Below, one piece after another: positions 18,104 through 27,699 of a DNA stretch of 51,579 nt (its first letter is position 1; each line of letters begins with the position of its first letter). This stretch comes from Actinomycetota bacterium. GTDB lineage: Bacteria; Actinomycetota; Acidimicrobiia; Acidimicrobiales; Ilumatobacteraceae. The stretch lies in assembly GCA_041180985.1 (NCBI GenBank), contig JBEGQK010000027.1, positions 1 to 51,579 on the forward strand, given 5' to 3'. Made by a program: the position numbers and the translations under genes. The notes beneath the pieces were generated by a model that did not search any database, had not been told where the DNA came from, and saw only the letters and a program-made list of their open reading frames with translations.

Positions 18104-19615
18104 ATGGCCATCCAGAAGATCTCGGGCATCGAGACAGAATTCGGCATTGTCGCGCGCGGGCTGGACGTTTCGCCGATGGTCGCTTCGTCACTGCTCGTCA
18201 ACGCCTACAGCGACGACGGACTGTCGCTCCGTGTGTGGGACTTCCTGAACGAGACGCCGCATCTGGATGCCCGCGGTGCGTGGGACCCGTCCGCCGAGTA
18301 CCCGCACGTCGAGTCCATGATGGCGAATGCGATCCTCACGAACGGCGCGCGCTACTACGTCGACCACGCACACCCGGAGGTCTCCACGCCCGAGTGCGCG
18401 ACACCCTCCGAGGTCGTCCTGTACGACCGCGCGGCCGAGATGATCATCACACGCAGCATGGAGCGCGCCTCCGAGAGGCTCGCTGCGGGAGCGGGGCTCG
18501 TTGCGTACAAGAACAACTCGGATGGAAAGGGCAACAGCTACGGCTGCCACGAGAACTACCTCGTTGAGCGCGACCTTCCGTTCGGTCGTCTCCAGAAGTT
18601 CATCACCTCCCATTTCGTCTCCCGCCAGGTGTTCTGCGGGGCCGGCAAGGTCGGGTCCGAGAACAGGCGCGAGGGGGAGAACGTGCCCGCCTTTCAACTC
18701 TCCCAACGGGCGGACTTCTTCGAGGAGGAGGTCGGTCTCGAGACCACCATCAGACGACCGATCGTCAACACGCGCGACGAGCCCCATGCCGATCCGTCAC
18801 GGTTCCGCCGGCTCCATGTGATCGCGGGTGACGCGAACATGAGCCAAGTGGCGACCTGGTTGAAGGTCGGCAGCACCGCACTCGTTCTCGCGTGCATCGA
18901 GGACAACATGTTCCCGGACTGGTTGGTGACCGCCGACCCCGTGGCCGACATCAGGATGGTCAGCCATGACGTGTCATTGCGCCACGCGGTCACCTTGGTG
19001 GACGGCCGCACGATTACCGCACTCGACATGCAACGAGAGATCCACTCCGCCGTCGCGGGTTGGTTGTCCCGCTCCTCGGACGATTGCATCGGAGGGGAGG
19101 GTGCTGCCGTGCTGGCGGAATGGTCACGTGTGCTCGATTGTCTCTCGAGCGACCCCCTGCTGCTGGCGGACACGGTCGACTGGGTCGCCAAGCGACGGAT
19201 GATCGACGGCTTCGCAGAGAGGCACGGTGTTGGCCCTGCTGATCCCCGGGTGCGGGCCATCGACCTGCAGTACCACGACATGAGGCCGGGCAAGTGCCTC
19301 GCGGGAAAGGCGGGGCTTCGTGTGATGGTCGATGACGCCGACGCCGCACGGGCAATGACCCAGCCACCGGACTCCACGCGTGCCTACTTCCGCGGCAGGT
19401 GCGTGGCGGAGTGGCCGGACAGAATCGTGTCCGCAAACTGGGACGGCATCGTTGTCGACACACCCGAGGGACTCGTGCGCATCCCGATGATGGACCCGAC
19501 GAAGGGGAGCAGGGCCCATGTGCAGCCGCTCATCGATGGCTCCCGGACCATTGATGACCTGCTTCTCCGCCTGACGGGCACCGTGGAACGGATGGATCCA
19601 GACCCGGGCTGGTGA
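18104..19615 (+). CDS. dop: Pup deamidase/depupylase Dop
   Basis: SGIETEFGI N-terminus and a glutamine-synthetase-like fold. It is paralogous to the pafA gene downstream and sits directly before pup. Confidence 0.95.
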   Translation: MAIQKISGIETEFGIVARGLDVSPMVASSLLVNAYSDDGLSLRVWDFLNETPHLDARGAWDPSAEYPHVESMMANAILTNGARYYVDHAHPEVSTPECATPSEVVLYDRAAEMIITRSMERASERLAAGAGLVAYKNNSDGKGNSYGCHENYLVERDLPFGRLQKFITSHFVSRQVFCGAGKVGSENRREGENVPAFQLSQRADFFEEEVGLETTIRRPIVNTRDEPHADPSRFRRLHVIAGDANMSQVATWLKVGSTALVLACIEDNMFPDWLVTADPVADIRMVSHDVSLRHAVTLVDGRTITALDMQREIHSAVAGWLSRSSDDCIGGEGAAVLAEWSRVLDCLSSDPLLLADTVDWVAKRRMIDGFAERHGVGPADPRVRAIDLQYHDMRPGKCLAGKAGLRVMVDDADAARAMTQPPDSTRAYFRGRCVAEWPDRIVSANWDGIVVDTPEGLVRIPMMDPTKGSRAHVQPLIDGSRTIDDLLLRLTGTVERMDPDPGW

Positions 19616-19657
19616 CCGTCTGGACGGCAACGAACAGGGTTTGGGTACGGTGTAGTC

Positions 19658-19846
19658 ATGCAGGAACGGGTGAAGAAGAGCGGGTCCGGGCATCGCGACG
19701 AGGAAATCGAGAGTGTCGATTCCACGACGACCGACACGTCGCGGTTGAAGTCAGAACTCGACGACCTGCTCGATGACATCGACCAGGTTCTCGAGGAGAA
19801 CGCCGAGGAGTTCGTGAAGAACTACGTCCAGAAGGGCGGAGAGTGA
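19658..19846 (+). CDS. pup: Prokaryotic ubiquitin-like protein Pup (C-terminal Glu form)
   Basis: 62 aa. Acidic, disordered-looking N-half, then [29 protein letters not shown], ending in GGE. Confidence 0.9.
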   Translation: MQERVKKSGSGHRDEEIESVDSTTTDTSRLKSELDDLLDDIDQVLEENAEEFVKNYVQKGGE

Positions 19847-20625
19847 TGAACGTGCCCCGGTTCGCACCAGCCGAGGATCCCGGCTCCAGTTTCATGCACC
19901 TGTTGAGAACAACCGGGATCCAGCCGTTCGCCCAGGCGGCAGGCGACCTCGATGTGCCCCACGGAACCACGTGTGTCGCCCTCCGCTACGTCAACGGTGT
20001 CGTCATCGCCGGCGACCGCAGGGCCACCGCGGGCAACCTCATCCGGAGCAAGAACATGGACAAGGTGGTGCAGGCCGACGAGTTCAGCGGCGTGGCGATC
20101 TCCGGGGCCGCAGGCCCGGCCGTGGAGATGATCAAGTTGTTCCAGTTGCAATTGGAGCACTACGAGAAGATGGAGGGACACCCCCTGTCGCTCGAGGGCA
20201 AGGCGAACCAGCTGAGCTTCATGATCCGCAACAACATGCCTGCGGCAATGCAGGGCCTCGCCGTTCTCCCGTTGTTCGCCGGTTTCGAGCCCCGCGACGG
20301 AACCGGTCACATCTGGGATTTCGACATGACCGGTGGACGGTACGAGGAGCGTGAATTCGTCGCAATCGGCAGCGGCAGCCTGCACGCCGGGACTGTGATC
20401 AAGGTCGGCTGGCGCAGTTCGCTCGAGCGTGATGCCGCGGTCGCATTGGCGTGCCGGTCGCTCTGGGAGGCAGCAGAGGCAGATGCGGGCACTGGTGGAC
20501 CCGACATGCTCAGGCGTGTCTATCCGGTCGTCGCGACCATCACCGCCGACGGATGGGTGTCGGTTTCCGACGACGAGCTCGACGGGATCTTCCGTTCCAT
20601 CGAGGAAGAGGTGAAGACGCGATGA
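19843..20625 (+). CDS. prcB: 20S proteasome beta subunit
   Basis: Propeptide followed by [10 protein letters not shown] (catalytic Thr1). The start is GTG 19843 or ATG 19846, overlapping the pup stop. Confidence 0.95.
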   Translation: MMNVPRFAPAEDPGSSFMHLLRTTGIQPFAQAAGDLDVPHGTTCVALRYVNGVVIAGDRRATAGNLIRSKNMDKVVQADEFSGVAISGAAGPAVEMIKLFQLQLEHYEKMEGHPLSLEGKANQLSFMIRNNMPAAMQGLAVLPLFAGFEPRDGTGHIWDFDMTGGRYEEREFVAIGSGSLHAGTVIKVGWRSSLERDAAVALACRSLWEAAEADAGTGGPDMLRRVYPVVATITADGWVSVSDDELDGIFRSIEEEVKTR

Positions 20626-21299
20626 GCATGCCCTTCTACGTCCCGCCGGAACAGATGATGAAGGACCGGGCGGATTTCGCACGCAAGGGCATCTCCCGCG
20701 GTCGCGCATTGATCGCGGCGCAGAGCGCCGATGGCATCCTCATCGTGGCGGAGAACCCCTCCAAGACCCTGCGCAAGATCAGCGAGATCTATGACCGCAT
20801 CGCGTTCGCAGGTGTCGGCAAGTACAACGAGTTCGACCAGTTGCGCATGCTGGGTGTCCGTCAAGCGGATCTCACGGGCTTCCAGTACGCCCGTCGCGAT
20901 GTCGAGGCCCGCAGCCTCGTCAACCAGTACGCACAGGCCATCGGTCACGAGTTCACCTCCGGTGCCAAACCGCTCGAGGTCGAGATCCTCGTGGCCGAGG
21001 TGGGCGACGATCGCGCGGGCGACCGGCTGTTCCACATCACCTTCGACGGGACGGTCCTCGACGAGCACGAGTTCTGCGTGCTCGGCGGCGACGCCGAGTC
21101 CGTCCACGGTCGGATGACGGAGAACCGCCCGGTGGACGATTCCCTCCGGTCCACCCTGAAGTCCGCAGTGGCGGCACTCGCCGGGGCTGACCGCTCCCTC
21201 GAGTCGGCCGATGTCGAGGTCGCACTCCTTGCCCGCAGCGGACGCCGTCGCCGCTTCGAACGGCTCGCGGTGGAGAACGTCTCCGAACTGCTCTCCTGA
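20622..21299 (+). CDS. prcA: 20S proteasome alpha subunit
   Basis: [24 protein letters not shown]... The ATG overlaps the prcB stop (ATGA). Confidence 0.95.
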   Translation: MSMPFYVPPEQMMKDRADFARKGISRGRALIAAQSADGILIVAENPSKTLRKISEIYDRIAFAGVGKYNEFDQLRMLGVRQADLTGFQYARRDVEARSLVNQYAQAIGHEFTSGAKPLEVEILVAEVGDDRAGDRLFHITFDGTVLDEHEFCVLGGDAESVHGRMTENRPVDDSLRSTLKSAVAALAGADRSLESADVEVALLARSGRRRRFERLAVENVSELLS

Positions 21300-21300
21300 C

Positions 21301-22659
21301 ATGGACCGCCGTATCTTCGGTGTGGAGACCGAGTACGGAATCACCTGCACCCTGAAGGGCCAGCGGCGTCTCACACCAGACGAGGTTGCGCGCTACCTGT
21401 TCCGCAGTGTCGTCGCGTGGGGACGCAGCTCGAACGTGTTCCTCGAGAACGGTGGACGCCTGTACCTCGATGTCGGGTCCCATCCCGAGTTCGCGACGCC
21501 CGAGTGCGTCTCCATCCGGCAGGCGTGCATCTTCGAGAAGGCGGGGGAGCTGATCCTGCACCGTCTCGTGGAGCGGGCCGAGTCCAGGATGCGCGACGAG
21601 GGGATCAGGGGCACCATCTACCTGTTCAAGAACAACACTGACTCTGCAGGGAACAGCTACGGCTGCCACGAGAACTACCTGACTCGGCGGGCCACGGAGA
21701 CCACTGACTACGACGCCCAGTTCATCCCGTTCCTCGTCAGCCGCCAGTTGGTCGCGGGTGCCGGGAAAGTGCTGATGACGTCAAAGGGTCCGGTGTTCTG
21801 TCTCTCGCAGCGGGCCGAGCACATCTGGGAAGGGGTCTCGTCGGCAACCACCCGGTCGAGACCGATCATCAACACCCGCGACGAGCCACATGCGGACTCC
21901 GAGACCTACAGGCGGCTTCACGTGATCGTGGGCGACTCGAACATGTCGGACCACACCAACTTCCTGAAACTGGGAACGGCGGCCATCATGCTTCGGATGC
22001 TCGAGCATGGAACCGTGAATCTCCGTGACCTCACCCTGGAGAGCCCGATCCGCGCCATCAGGGAGATCAGCGTGGACGTCTCCGGTCGCAGGCCCGTCCG
22101 TCTCGCCAACGGTCGCGAGATGAGTGCCTTCGACATCCAGTCGTATCTCGCCGAGCAGGCAGTCGACTTCGAGGAGAAGCACGGTCTGCCGGACGAGGAG
22201 TCGGCGGCACTCCGTCTGTGGACGGAGACTCTCGAGGACATCGCACAGCAGAACGAGCGACTCACCAGACGGATCGACTGGGCGATCAAGCAGAATCTGA
22301 TCCGCAACTACGCGGAGAGCAATGACATCACTCTTGATTCGCCCCGGGTGCAGGCACTCGATCTTCAGTTCCATGACATCGACCCGCAGCGTGGAGTGTT
22401 CAACAAGTTGCGCAGCCGTGGCATGGTGGACACGCTGTTCACATCCGACGAGACCGAGAGAGCCACGGGAACCGCCCCGCTCGACACGCGGGCGCACCTG
22501 CGCGGTCAGTTCCTCCGCAAGGCGCGGGAAGCCGGCCGCGACGTCACCGTCGACTGGGTGCACCTCAAGATCAACGACCAGGCACAACGAACAGTGGCCT
22601 GCAAGGACCCTTTCCGTTCGTCAGATGAACGCGTCGACAAACTGATGGAGAGTCTGTGA
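21301..22659 (+). CDS. pafA: Pup-protein ligase PafA
   Basis: [14 protein letters not shown]..., a paralogue of Dop without the Dop-specific insert. It starts 2 nt after the prcA stop. Confidence 0.95.
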   Translation: MDRRIFGVETEYGITCTLKGQRRLTPDEVARYLFRSVVAWGRSSNVFLENGGRLYLDVGSHPEFATPECVSIRQACIFEKAGELILHRLVERAESRMRDEGIRGTIYLFKNNTDSAGNSYGCHENYLTRRATETTDYDAQFIPFLVSRQLVAGAGKVLMTSKGPVFCLSQRAEHIWEGVSSATTRSRPIINTRDEPHADSETYRRLHVIVGDSNMSDHTNFLKLGTAAIMLRMLEHGTVNLRDLTLESPIRAIREISVDVSGRRPVRLANGREMSAFDIQSYLAEQAVDFEEKHGLPDEESAALRLWTETLEDIAQQNERLTRRIDWAIKQNLIRNYAESNDITLDSPRVQALDLQFHDIDPQRGVFNKLRSRGMVDTLFTSDETERATGTAPLDTRAHLRGQFLRKAREAGRDVTVDWVHLKINDQAQRTVACKDPFRSSDERVDKLMESL

Positions 22660-22698
22660 GCGTCCTTCCGGCCGACCAGCAACTAGCGTTGTGACGGC

Positions 22699-23331
22699 AT
22701 GAGCGAGCAGACCCCACCGATCGACCCTCTGCTTGACCTTGCCGGCGATGCCGAACCTGCCCCACAGGGGAGAGGCGGGGCGGCAAAGGTGCTTCGAGAT
22801 TGGTTGATCGTCATCGGGGTGGCCCTCGTCGCAGCGCTTCTCGTGCGGGTGTACGTGCTGCAGCAGTTCTACATCAGTGGGCCCTCCATGGAGACCACGA
22901 TGTTCTCGAACGACAGGGTGCTCGTGAACAAGATGAGTTACCGGCTGCACGACGTCCACAGGGGCGACGTTGTCGTGTTCGACAGGATCACCACGAACGG
23001 GGCCTCCGTGGCCCACGACGACCTCATCAAGCGCGTGATCGGTCTCCAGGGCGAGCGCATAGAGATCAAGAATTGCGTCGTCTACATCAACGACAAGCCC
23101 CTTGCCGAGGCGTACTTGCCCACGCGGGACACCTCGAAGACCGACCTCACCCAGAAGTGCCGGGTCGTGAACATGAGGCGGATCACGGTGCCCGCCCATC
23201 ACGTCTTCGTGATGGGCGACAACAGGCCCGAGTCGTTCGACAGTCGCTCTTTCGGGTCGATTTCCGAGACGCTCATCGTGGGACGTGCATTCGCGGTGGT
23301 CTGGCCGTTCTCGCGTTTCGACACGCTCTAA
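22699..23331 (+). CDS. lepB: Signal peptidase I
   Basis: TM anchor, catalytic Ser (GPSMETTM), catalytic Lys (LIKRVIGLQGE) and GDNRPESFDSR. Confidence 0.9.
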   Translation: MSEQTPPIDPLLDLAGDAEPAPQGRGGAAKVLRDWLIVIGVALVAALLVRVYVLQQFYISGPSMETTMFSNDRVLVNKMSYRLHDVHRGDVVVFDRITTNGASVAHDDLIKRVIGLQGERIEIKNCVVYINDKPLAEAYLPTRDTSKTDLTQKCRVVNMRRITVPAHHVFVMGDNRPESFDSRSFGSISETLIVGRAFAVVWPFSRFDTL

Positions 23332-24062
23332 CGGGGTCTCTCGAGCGCCCCGATGGTCCCCGCGTACACGTCGACCATCATGTCGACATGGTCGCTGTAC
23401 ACGCCGTCGAGCCCCATTCGCAGTCCGTTCTCCATCGCTTCGGCGTACTGGATGTCCCATCCGAAAGCGTTGAGGCCGAACCGGTGGCACATCACAACCC
23501 GTCCACCGTTCCATTCCGAGTGGTGGAGATTGACCGTGTCCACACCGGACGCGGACAGGTGGGCGCAGTGTTGCTCGAAGGTGCGGGGCAGGCGCTGCAG
23601 TCGGGTGGAGTGAACAAGGTGCGCGCCGGGGATTGCACTGCGGCACTCGTCGAGCACTGACTCGTGGGGACTGCACAACCAGAGACACTCAACCGCGTAT
23701 CCGGCGTCCGCAACCGAACGTGCGAGGGGGGCGACGGCTGAGGGGTCTTTGACGTCGAGGCTGAGGTGGAAATTGTGACCCACTTCCGCAAACAGCTCCT
23801 CGACGGTGGGAATGTGCCCGGGCAGATCAGCCCGGTTCACGGTGGACAACGCCACGTTCCGCAGGAGCCTGCGCACCTGCCCGTCGTGGTCGAGAACCGC
23901 GACACCGTCCGCGGTGGACCACACGTCGGACTCGAGACCGTTCGCCCCGAGCCTGAGTGCGAGTTGGAACGCCTCGATGGTGTTCTCGGGAGCGTGTGCC
24001 CGCGCACCGCGGTGTGCGAACGCAATCGGGGTGTCGCGCAGGGATGGAAGGCGCTGCTGCAC
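23328..24062 (-). CDS. Glycerophosphodiester phosphodiesterase
   Basis: IAFAHRGARAHAPENTIEAF, ESDVW and similar motifs. I prefer GTG 24062 because the ATG at 24191 would overlap tatA on the other strand. The start is uncertain. Its stop overlaps the lepB stop convergently by 4 nt. Confidence 0.8.
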   Translation of the reverse strand: MQQRLPSLRDTPIAFAHRGARAHAPENTIEAFQLALRLGANGLESDVWSTADGVAVLDHDGQVRRLLRNVALSTVNRADLPGHIPTVEELFAEVGHNFHLSLDVKDPSAVAPLARSVADAGYAVECLWLCSPHESVLDECRSAIPGAHLVHSTRLQRLPRTFEQHCAHLSASGVDTVNLHHSEWNGGRVVMCHRFGLNAFGWDIQYAEAMENGLRMGLDGVYSDHVDMMVDVYAGTIGALERPR

Positions 24063-24099
24063 GCCCCGAAGCCTAGGTGGGCTCTCGTATGCTGAAAGG

Positions 24100-24417
24100 G
24101 TGTTCAACCTGTCCGGCAGTGAGATTCTCTTCCTGCTGGTGGCCGGTCTCGTCGTGCTCGGGCCGGAGCGCCTGCCCGGTGTCATCCGCAAGGGGACAAA
24201 GATCTACGGCGACCTCAGGTCGATGGCGCGCAATTTCGAGCAGGAGTTCAAGGAGACATTCGACGAGCCCCTGAAGGAGTTGAGGAACACCGCGGAGGAG
24301 CTTCGCAGCGGATTCGGTCAGGTGGACCCCGAGCCGTCGCCGCCCATGAGACCCGAGCAGGCCGTCGTGCCGCCGGAAGATCCCGCGTCGCACCCCGAAG
24401 GGCAGTCCGGTGGCTGA
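24100..24417 (+). CDS. tatA: Twin-arginine translocase TatA/TatB family protein
   Basis: GTG start preceded by GAAAGGG. VFNLSGSEILFLLVAGLVVLGPERLP (TM plus hinge), an amphipathic helix and an acidic/Pro-rich tail. 105 aa. Confidence 0.8.
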   Translation: MFNLSGSEILFLLVAGLVVLGPERLPGVIRKGTKIYGDLRSMARNFEQEFKETFDEPLKELRNTAEELRSGFGQVDPEPSPPMRPEQAVVPPEDPASHPEGQSGG

Positions 24418-25159
24418 CCAGACGCCAATGACGGTGCTCGACCATCTCAGGGAGCTGAGGTCGAGGATCATCCGCTCGGTGCTCGCCGTGGCTGTCGGGA
24501 TGATGGGGCTCCTGGCGTTCTACGACCCGGTGAAGGACTTCCTGACGCGTCCGTACGTGAGGCTGTGTGCGTCGAGCACGAAGTTCGGTTGTGACGGTTC
24601 GCTGTACTCGCTCGGGCCCCTCGACGGATTTACCGCGAGGCTGCGAATCTGCACGTACGGGGGGCTCGTGCTGGCGCTGCCGGTGATTCTCTGGCAGATA
24701 TGGCGCTTCGTGGTTCCGGCACTCGAGAGACGGGAGAAGCGGTACGCCATACCGTTCATCCTGTCGTCGATCGTGCTGTTCGCAGCCGGGTGCGCCATTG
24801 CGTACTGGACCCTGGACAAGGCACTCGAGTTCCTCATCTCCTGGTCAGGCAATGACGTCACCCAGGCCTACCAGGTCACGAAGTACGTGTCGCTCGTCGT
24901 TCTCATGATGCTGGCCTTCGGGGTCGGCTTCCTCAGTCCGGTTCTCATCGTGTTCCTGCAGCTCGTGGGAATGGTGTCACCGCGAACCCTCATCCGCCAG
25001 TGGCGCTACGCGATCATGGGTATCTTCGTCGCCGCAGCCGTGATCACCCCCTCGGGCGACCCGTTCAGCATGCTCGCGCTCGCGGTGCCGCTCTCGGTTC
25101 TGTACGTGCTGTCCGTTCTCATCGGATGGTTGCTCGTGCGCCGCAGAGCCACGTCGTGA
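24410..25159 (+). CDS. tatC: Twin-arginine translocase subunit TatC
   Basis: MTVLDHLRELRSRII and a six-TM profile. GTG 24410 overlaps the tatA stop. ATG 24428 is an alternative start. Confidence 0.9.
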   Translation: MADQTPMTVLDHLRELRSRIIRSVLAVAVGMMGLLAFYDPVKDFLTRPYVRLCASSTKFGCDGSLYSLGPLDGFTARLRICTYGGLVLALPVILWQIWRFVVPALERREKRYAIPFILSSIVLFAAGCAIAYWTLDKALEFLISWSGNDVTQAYQVTKYVSLVVLMMLAFGVGFLSPVLIVFLQLVGMVSPRTLIRQWRYAIMGIFVAAAVITPSGDPFSMLALAVPLSVLYVLSVLIGWLLVRRRATS

Positions 25160-27699
25160 ACGACATCAGGTCCACGTTCCTTGCCGGTCTGTCGTACACG
25201 GCGGACCCCTTCCAGGTGCAGGCCATGGACGCCCTTGACGACGGGTCATCGGTGCTGGTTGCAGCGCCTACCGGATCAGGCAAGACGCTCGTCGCCGAGT
25301 ACGCGATCCACCGTGCGCGGGCGATGGGGCAGCGTGCCTTCTACACGGCACCGATCAAGGCCCTCTCCAACCAGAAGTACCGGGATCTGTGCGACCTTCA
25401 CGGTGCAGCCAACGTCGGTCTGGTGACCGGCGACAACGCGTACAACCCCGAGGCGCCCATCGTCGTGATGACCACCGAGGTGCTGCGCAACATGATCTAC
25501 GCATCCTCGAGTCGTCTGGAATCGCTCGGAGCCGTCGTGCTGGACGAGGTGCACTTCCTCCAGGACGCGTACCGCGGACCTGTCTGGGAGGAGGTCATCA
25601 TCCAGCTCGACCCCACTGTGCAGCTCGTGTGCCTGTCGGCGACAGTGTCGAACGCGGACGAGGTGGGTCAGTGGCTGTCGACCGTGCGAGGGCACACCGA
25701 GGTGGTGGTCGAGACCCGGAGACCCGTCGAGCTTCTGACTCATCACTCTTTCTTCGACTCGAGCAACGGCAGGGTGGCGATGCACGACACCATCGTGAAC
25801 GGCGAACCCAACCGCGGGCTCGAGCGCATGCTCGCCGCCGCAAGGAACACCCCCCAGAGGGGTCAGAACGGCAAGCGACCGAAGCGAAGATTCTCTACGC
25901 CGACGCGACCGGAGATCGTCGAGTTGCTGGAGGACAACGAGATGCTCCCGGCAATCGTGTTCATCTTCAGCCGCGCGCAGTGCGAAGACGCCGTGAAATC
26001 GTGCCTGTCTGCGGGGATGGTTCTCACGTCCCGGGAGGAGGAAGACAGGATCCTGGCGATCGTGCACGATCACGTGTCGACGCTGTCCCGGTCCGATCTC
26101 GCCGCGCTCGGATACGACGAGTTCCTCGACCAGGTCGGTAGCGGCATCGCATGCCATCACGCCGGAATGATCCCGATGTTCAAGGAAGCCGTCGAGCAGT
26201 GCTTCGTGGAGGGCCTGATCAAGGTGGTCTTCGCCACCGAGACGCTTGCGGTCGGGATCAACATGCCCGCTCGGGCGGTCGTCATCGAGAAGCTCACGAA
26301 GTACACCGGCGAGCACCATGTGCTCCTCAGGGCATCCGAGTACACACAGCTGACCGGCAGGGCCGGACGCCGCGGACTCGACAAGATCGGGCACGCGATA
26401 ACTCTCTGGAACCCGTTCGTCACGTTCGAGCAGACGGTCGGGCTCGCCCTCAGCAGGTCATTCCGGTTGACGTCGGCCTTCAGACCCACGTACAACATGG
26501 CCGTGAACATGGTCAGGCGCCATTCACGCGAGGCGGCAACGCACTTCCTGAACCTGTCCTTCGCACAATTCCAGACTGACGCCGACATCGTCACGTCCGA
26601 GGCGGTGCTCGACCGCAAGAGGCGGGAACTCCGTCGTCTCGAGATGACACAGCCGGAGCTCACCGATTCTTTCGTCGGGTCCGCGGAGGAGAGCGTCTCG
26701 GAGGTGGAGGCTGAGATAGCCCTCCGGGCACTTCGCCCCGGCGACGTGGTGGTGTTCGATGCGTCCAACATCAGGGGACGCGCCGTCGTGGTGAGCACCG
26801 CTGCCCGTCGCAGCGGCACGAGACTCTCCGTCCTCACTCCCTCCCGCAAGCAGATCGACGTGTCCGCACGTGACTTACTGTCCATCCCCGTCAAGGCCGC
26901 GGGCATCGATCTTCCGGTTCCCTTCGAGCCGGCAAGGGTGGAGTTCGTGAGGGAGGCCGTTGCACGGCTCGTGAAGGTCCGCATCGACGACTCGATCGTC
27001 ACCCCTTCGGTCGGCCATTCGGCTCGTGCGCGACGCGACATCGTGGACTCGTCACGGAGCCTGAAGAGGCTCCGGAAGGAGATCGACCAACTCGAGACAC
27101 GCTCCACGCAGCGGTCCGGGTCGGTGACGATGAGGTTCCTCGACGTCACGGACCTCCTGCAGGAACTCGGTTACGTCGACGGGTGGTCACTGACCGAGCG
27201 GGGCCAGGTCCTCTCCGGTGTCTTCCACGAGAGCGACCTGCTGGTGGTCGAGGTGTTGATGGGCGGCATCCTCGACAAGCTCTCCGTGCCGGATCTCGTC
27301 GCCTGTGTGTCGTGCCTCGTGTTCGAGCCCCGCGGTGGTGCGACAAACTACGTCCGCTGGCCGAACGACACGGTCCGCAACCGTTTCAAGAGGATCGACA
27401 AGTTGAGTCAACGACTGAACGACCTGCAGCGTATGCGCGGTATCCAGCAGCACCGTCCACCCAACGCGGGCTTCGCCATGGATGCATCGAACTGGGCGAG
27501 CGGGAAACCGCTCGCCGACGTCCTCGACCCGGAACTGACGCCCGGGGATTTCGTGCGTTCGATGCGCCAGATGATCGACCTGCTCAGGCAACTCGAGAAG
27601 GTGTCGCCGAACGACGACGTGCGACGCACGGCCGCGCTCGCCGTTGCCGCGATCAACCGCGGTGTGGTCGCTGCCGCCGCGGGGGAGACGACAGCATGA
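25156..27699 (+). CDS. helY: Ski2-like DEAD/DEAH-box RNA helicase HelY
   Basis: FQVQAMDAL, Walker A (APTGSGKT), DEVH, SAT and a long C-terminal arch/DSHCT-like region. GTG 25156 overlaps the tatC stop (GTGA). Confidence 0.9.
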   Translation: MNDIRSTFLAGLSYTADPFQVQAMDALDDGSSVLVAAPTGSGKTLVAEYAIHRARAMGQRAFYTAPIKALSNQKYRDLCDLHGAANVGLVTGDNAYNPEAPIVVMTTEVLRNMIYASSSRLESLGAVVLDEVHFLQDAYRGPVWEEVIIQLDPTVQLVCLSATVSNADEVGQWLSTVRGHTEVVVETRRPVELLTHHSFFDSSNGRVAMHDTIVNGEPNRGLERMLAAARNTPQRGQNGKRPKRRFSTPTRPEIVELLEDNEMLPAIVFIFSRAQCEDAVKSCLSAGMVLTSREEEDRILAIVHDHVSTLSRSDLAALGYDEFLDQVGSGIACHHAGMIPMFKEAVEQCFVEGLIKVVFATETLAVGINMPARAVVIEKLTKYTGEHHVLLRASEYTQLTGRAGRRGLDKIGHAITLWNPFVTFEQTVGLALSRSFRLTSAFRPTYNMAVNMVRRHSREAATHFLNLSFAQFQTDADIVTSEAVLDRKRRELRRLEMTQPELTDSFVGSAEESVSEVEAEIALRALRPGDVVVFDASNIRGRAVVVSTAARRSGTRLSVLTPSRKQIDVSARDLLSIPVKAAGIDLPVPFEPARVEFVREAVARLVKVRIDDSIVTPSVGHSARARRDIVDSSRSLKRLRKEIDQLETRSTQRSGSVTMRFLDVTDLLQELGYVDGWSLTERGQVLSGVFHESDLLVVEVLMGGILDKLSVPDLVACVSCLVFEPRGGATNYVRWPNDTVRNRFKRIDKLSQRLNDLQRMRGIQQHRPPNAGFAMDASNWASGKPLADVLDPELTPGDFVRSMRQMIDLLRQLEKVSPNDDVRRTAALAVAAINRGVVAAAAGETTA

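Noticed and set aside
16269-18191. 640-aa minus-strand ORF opposite arc
   Set aside because: It is antisense to the unmistakable AAA ATPase (Walker A/B, GQYL tail).
22621-23688. 355-aa minus-strand ORF spanning lepB and part of glpQ
   Set aside because: It overlaps two well-supported genes and has no motifs.
24063-24191. Longer glpQ start (ATG 24191)
   Set aside because: It would overlap tatA on the opposite strand by 92 nt and add a non-homologous Arg/Ser/Pro-rich N-terminus. GTG 24062 gives a typical approximately 244-aa enzyme. This remains uncertain.
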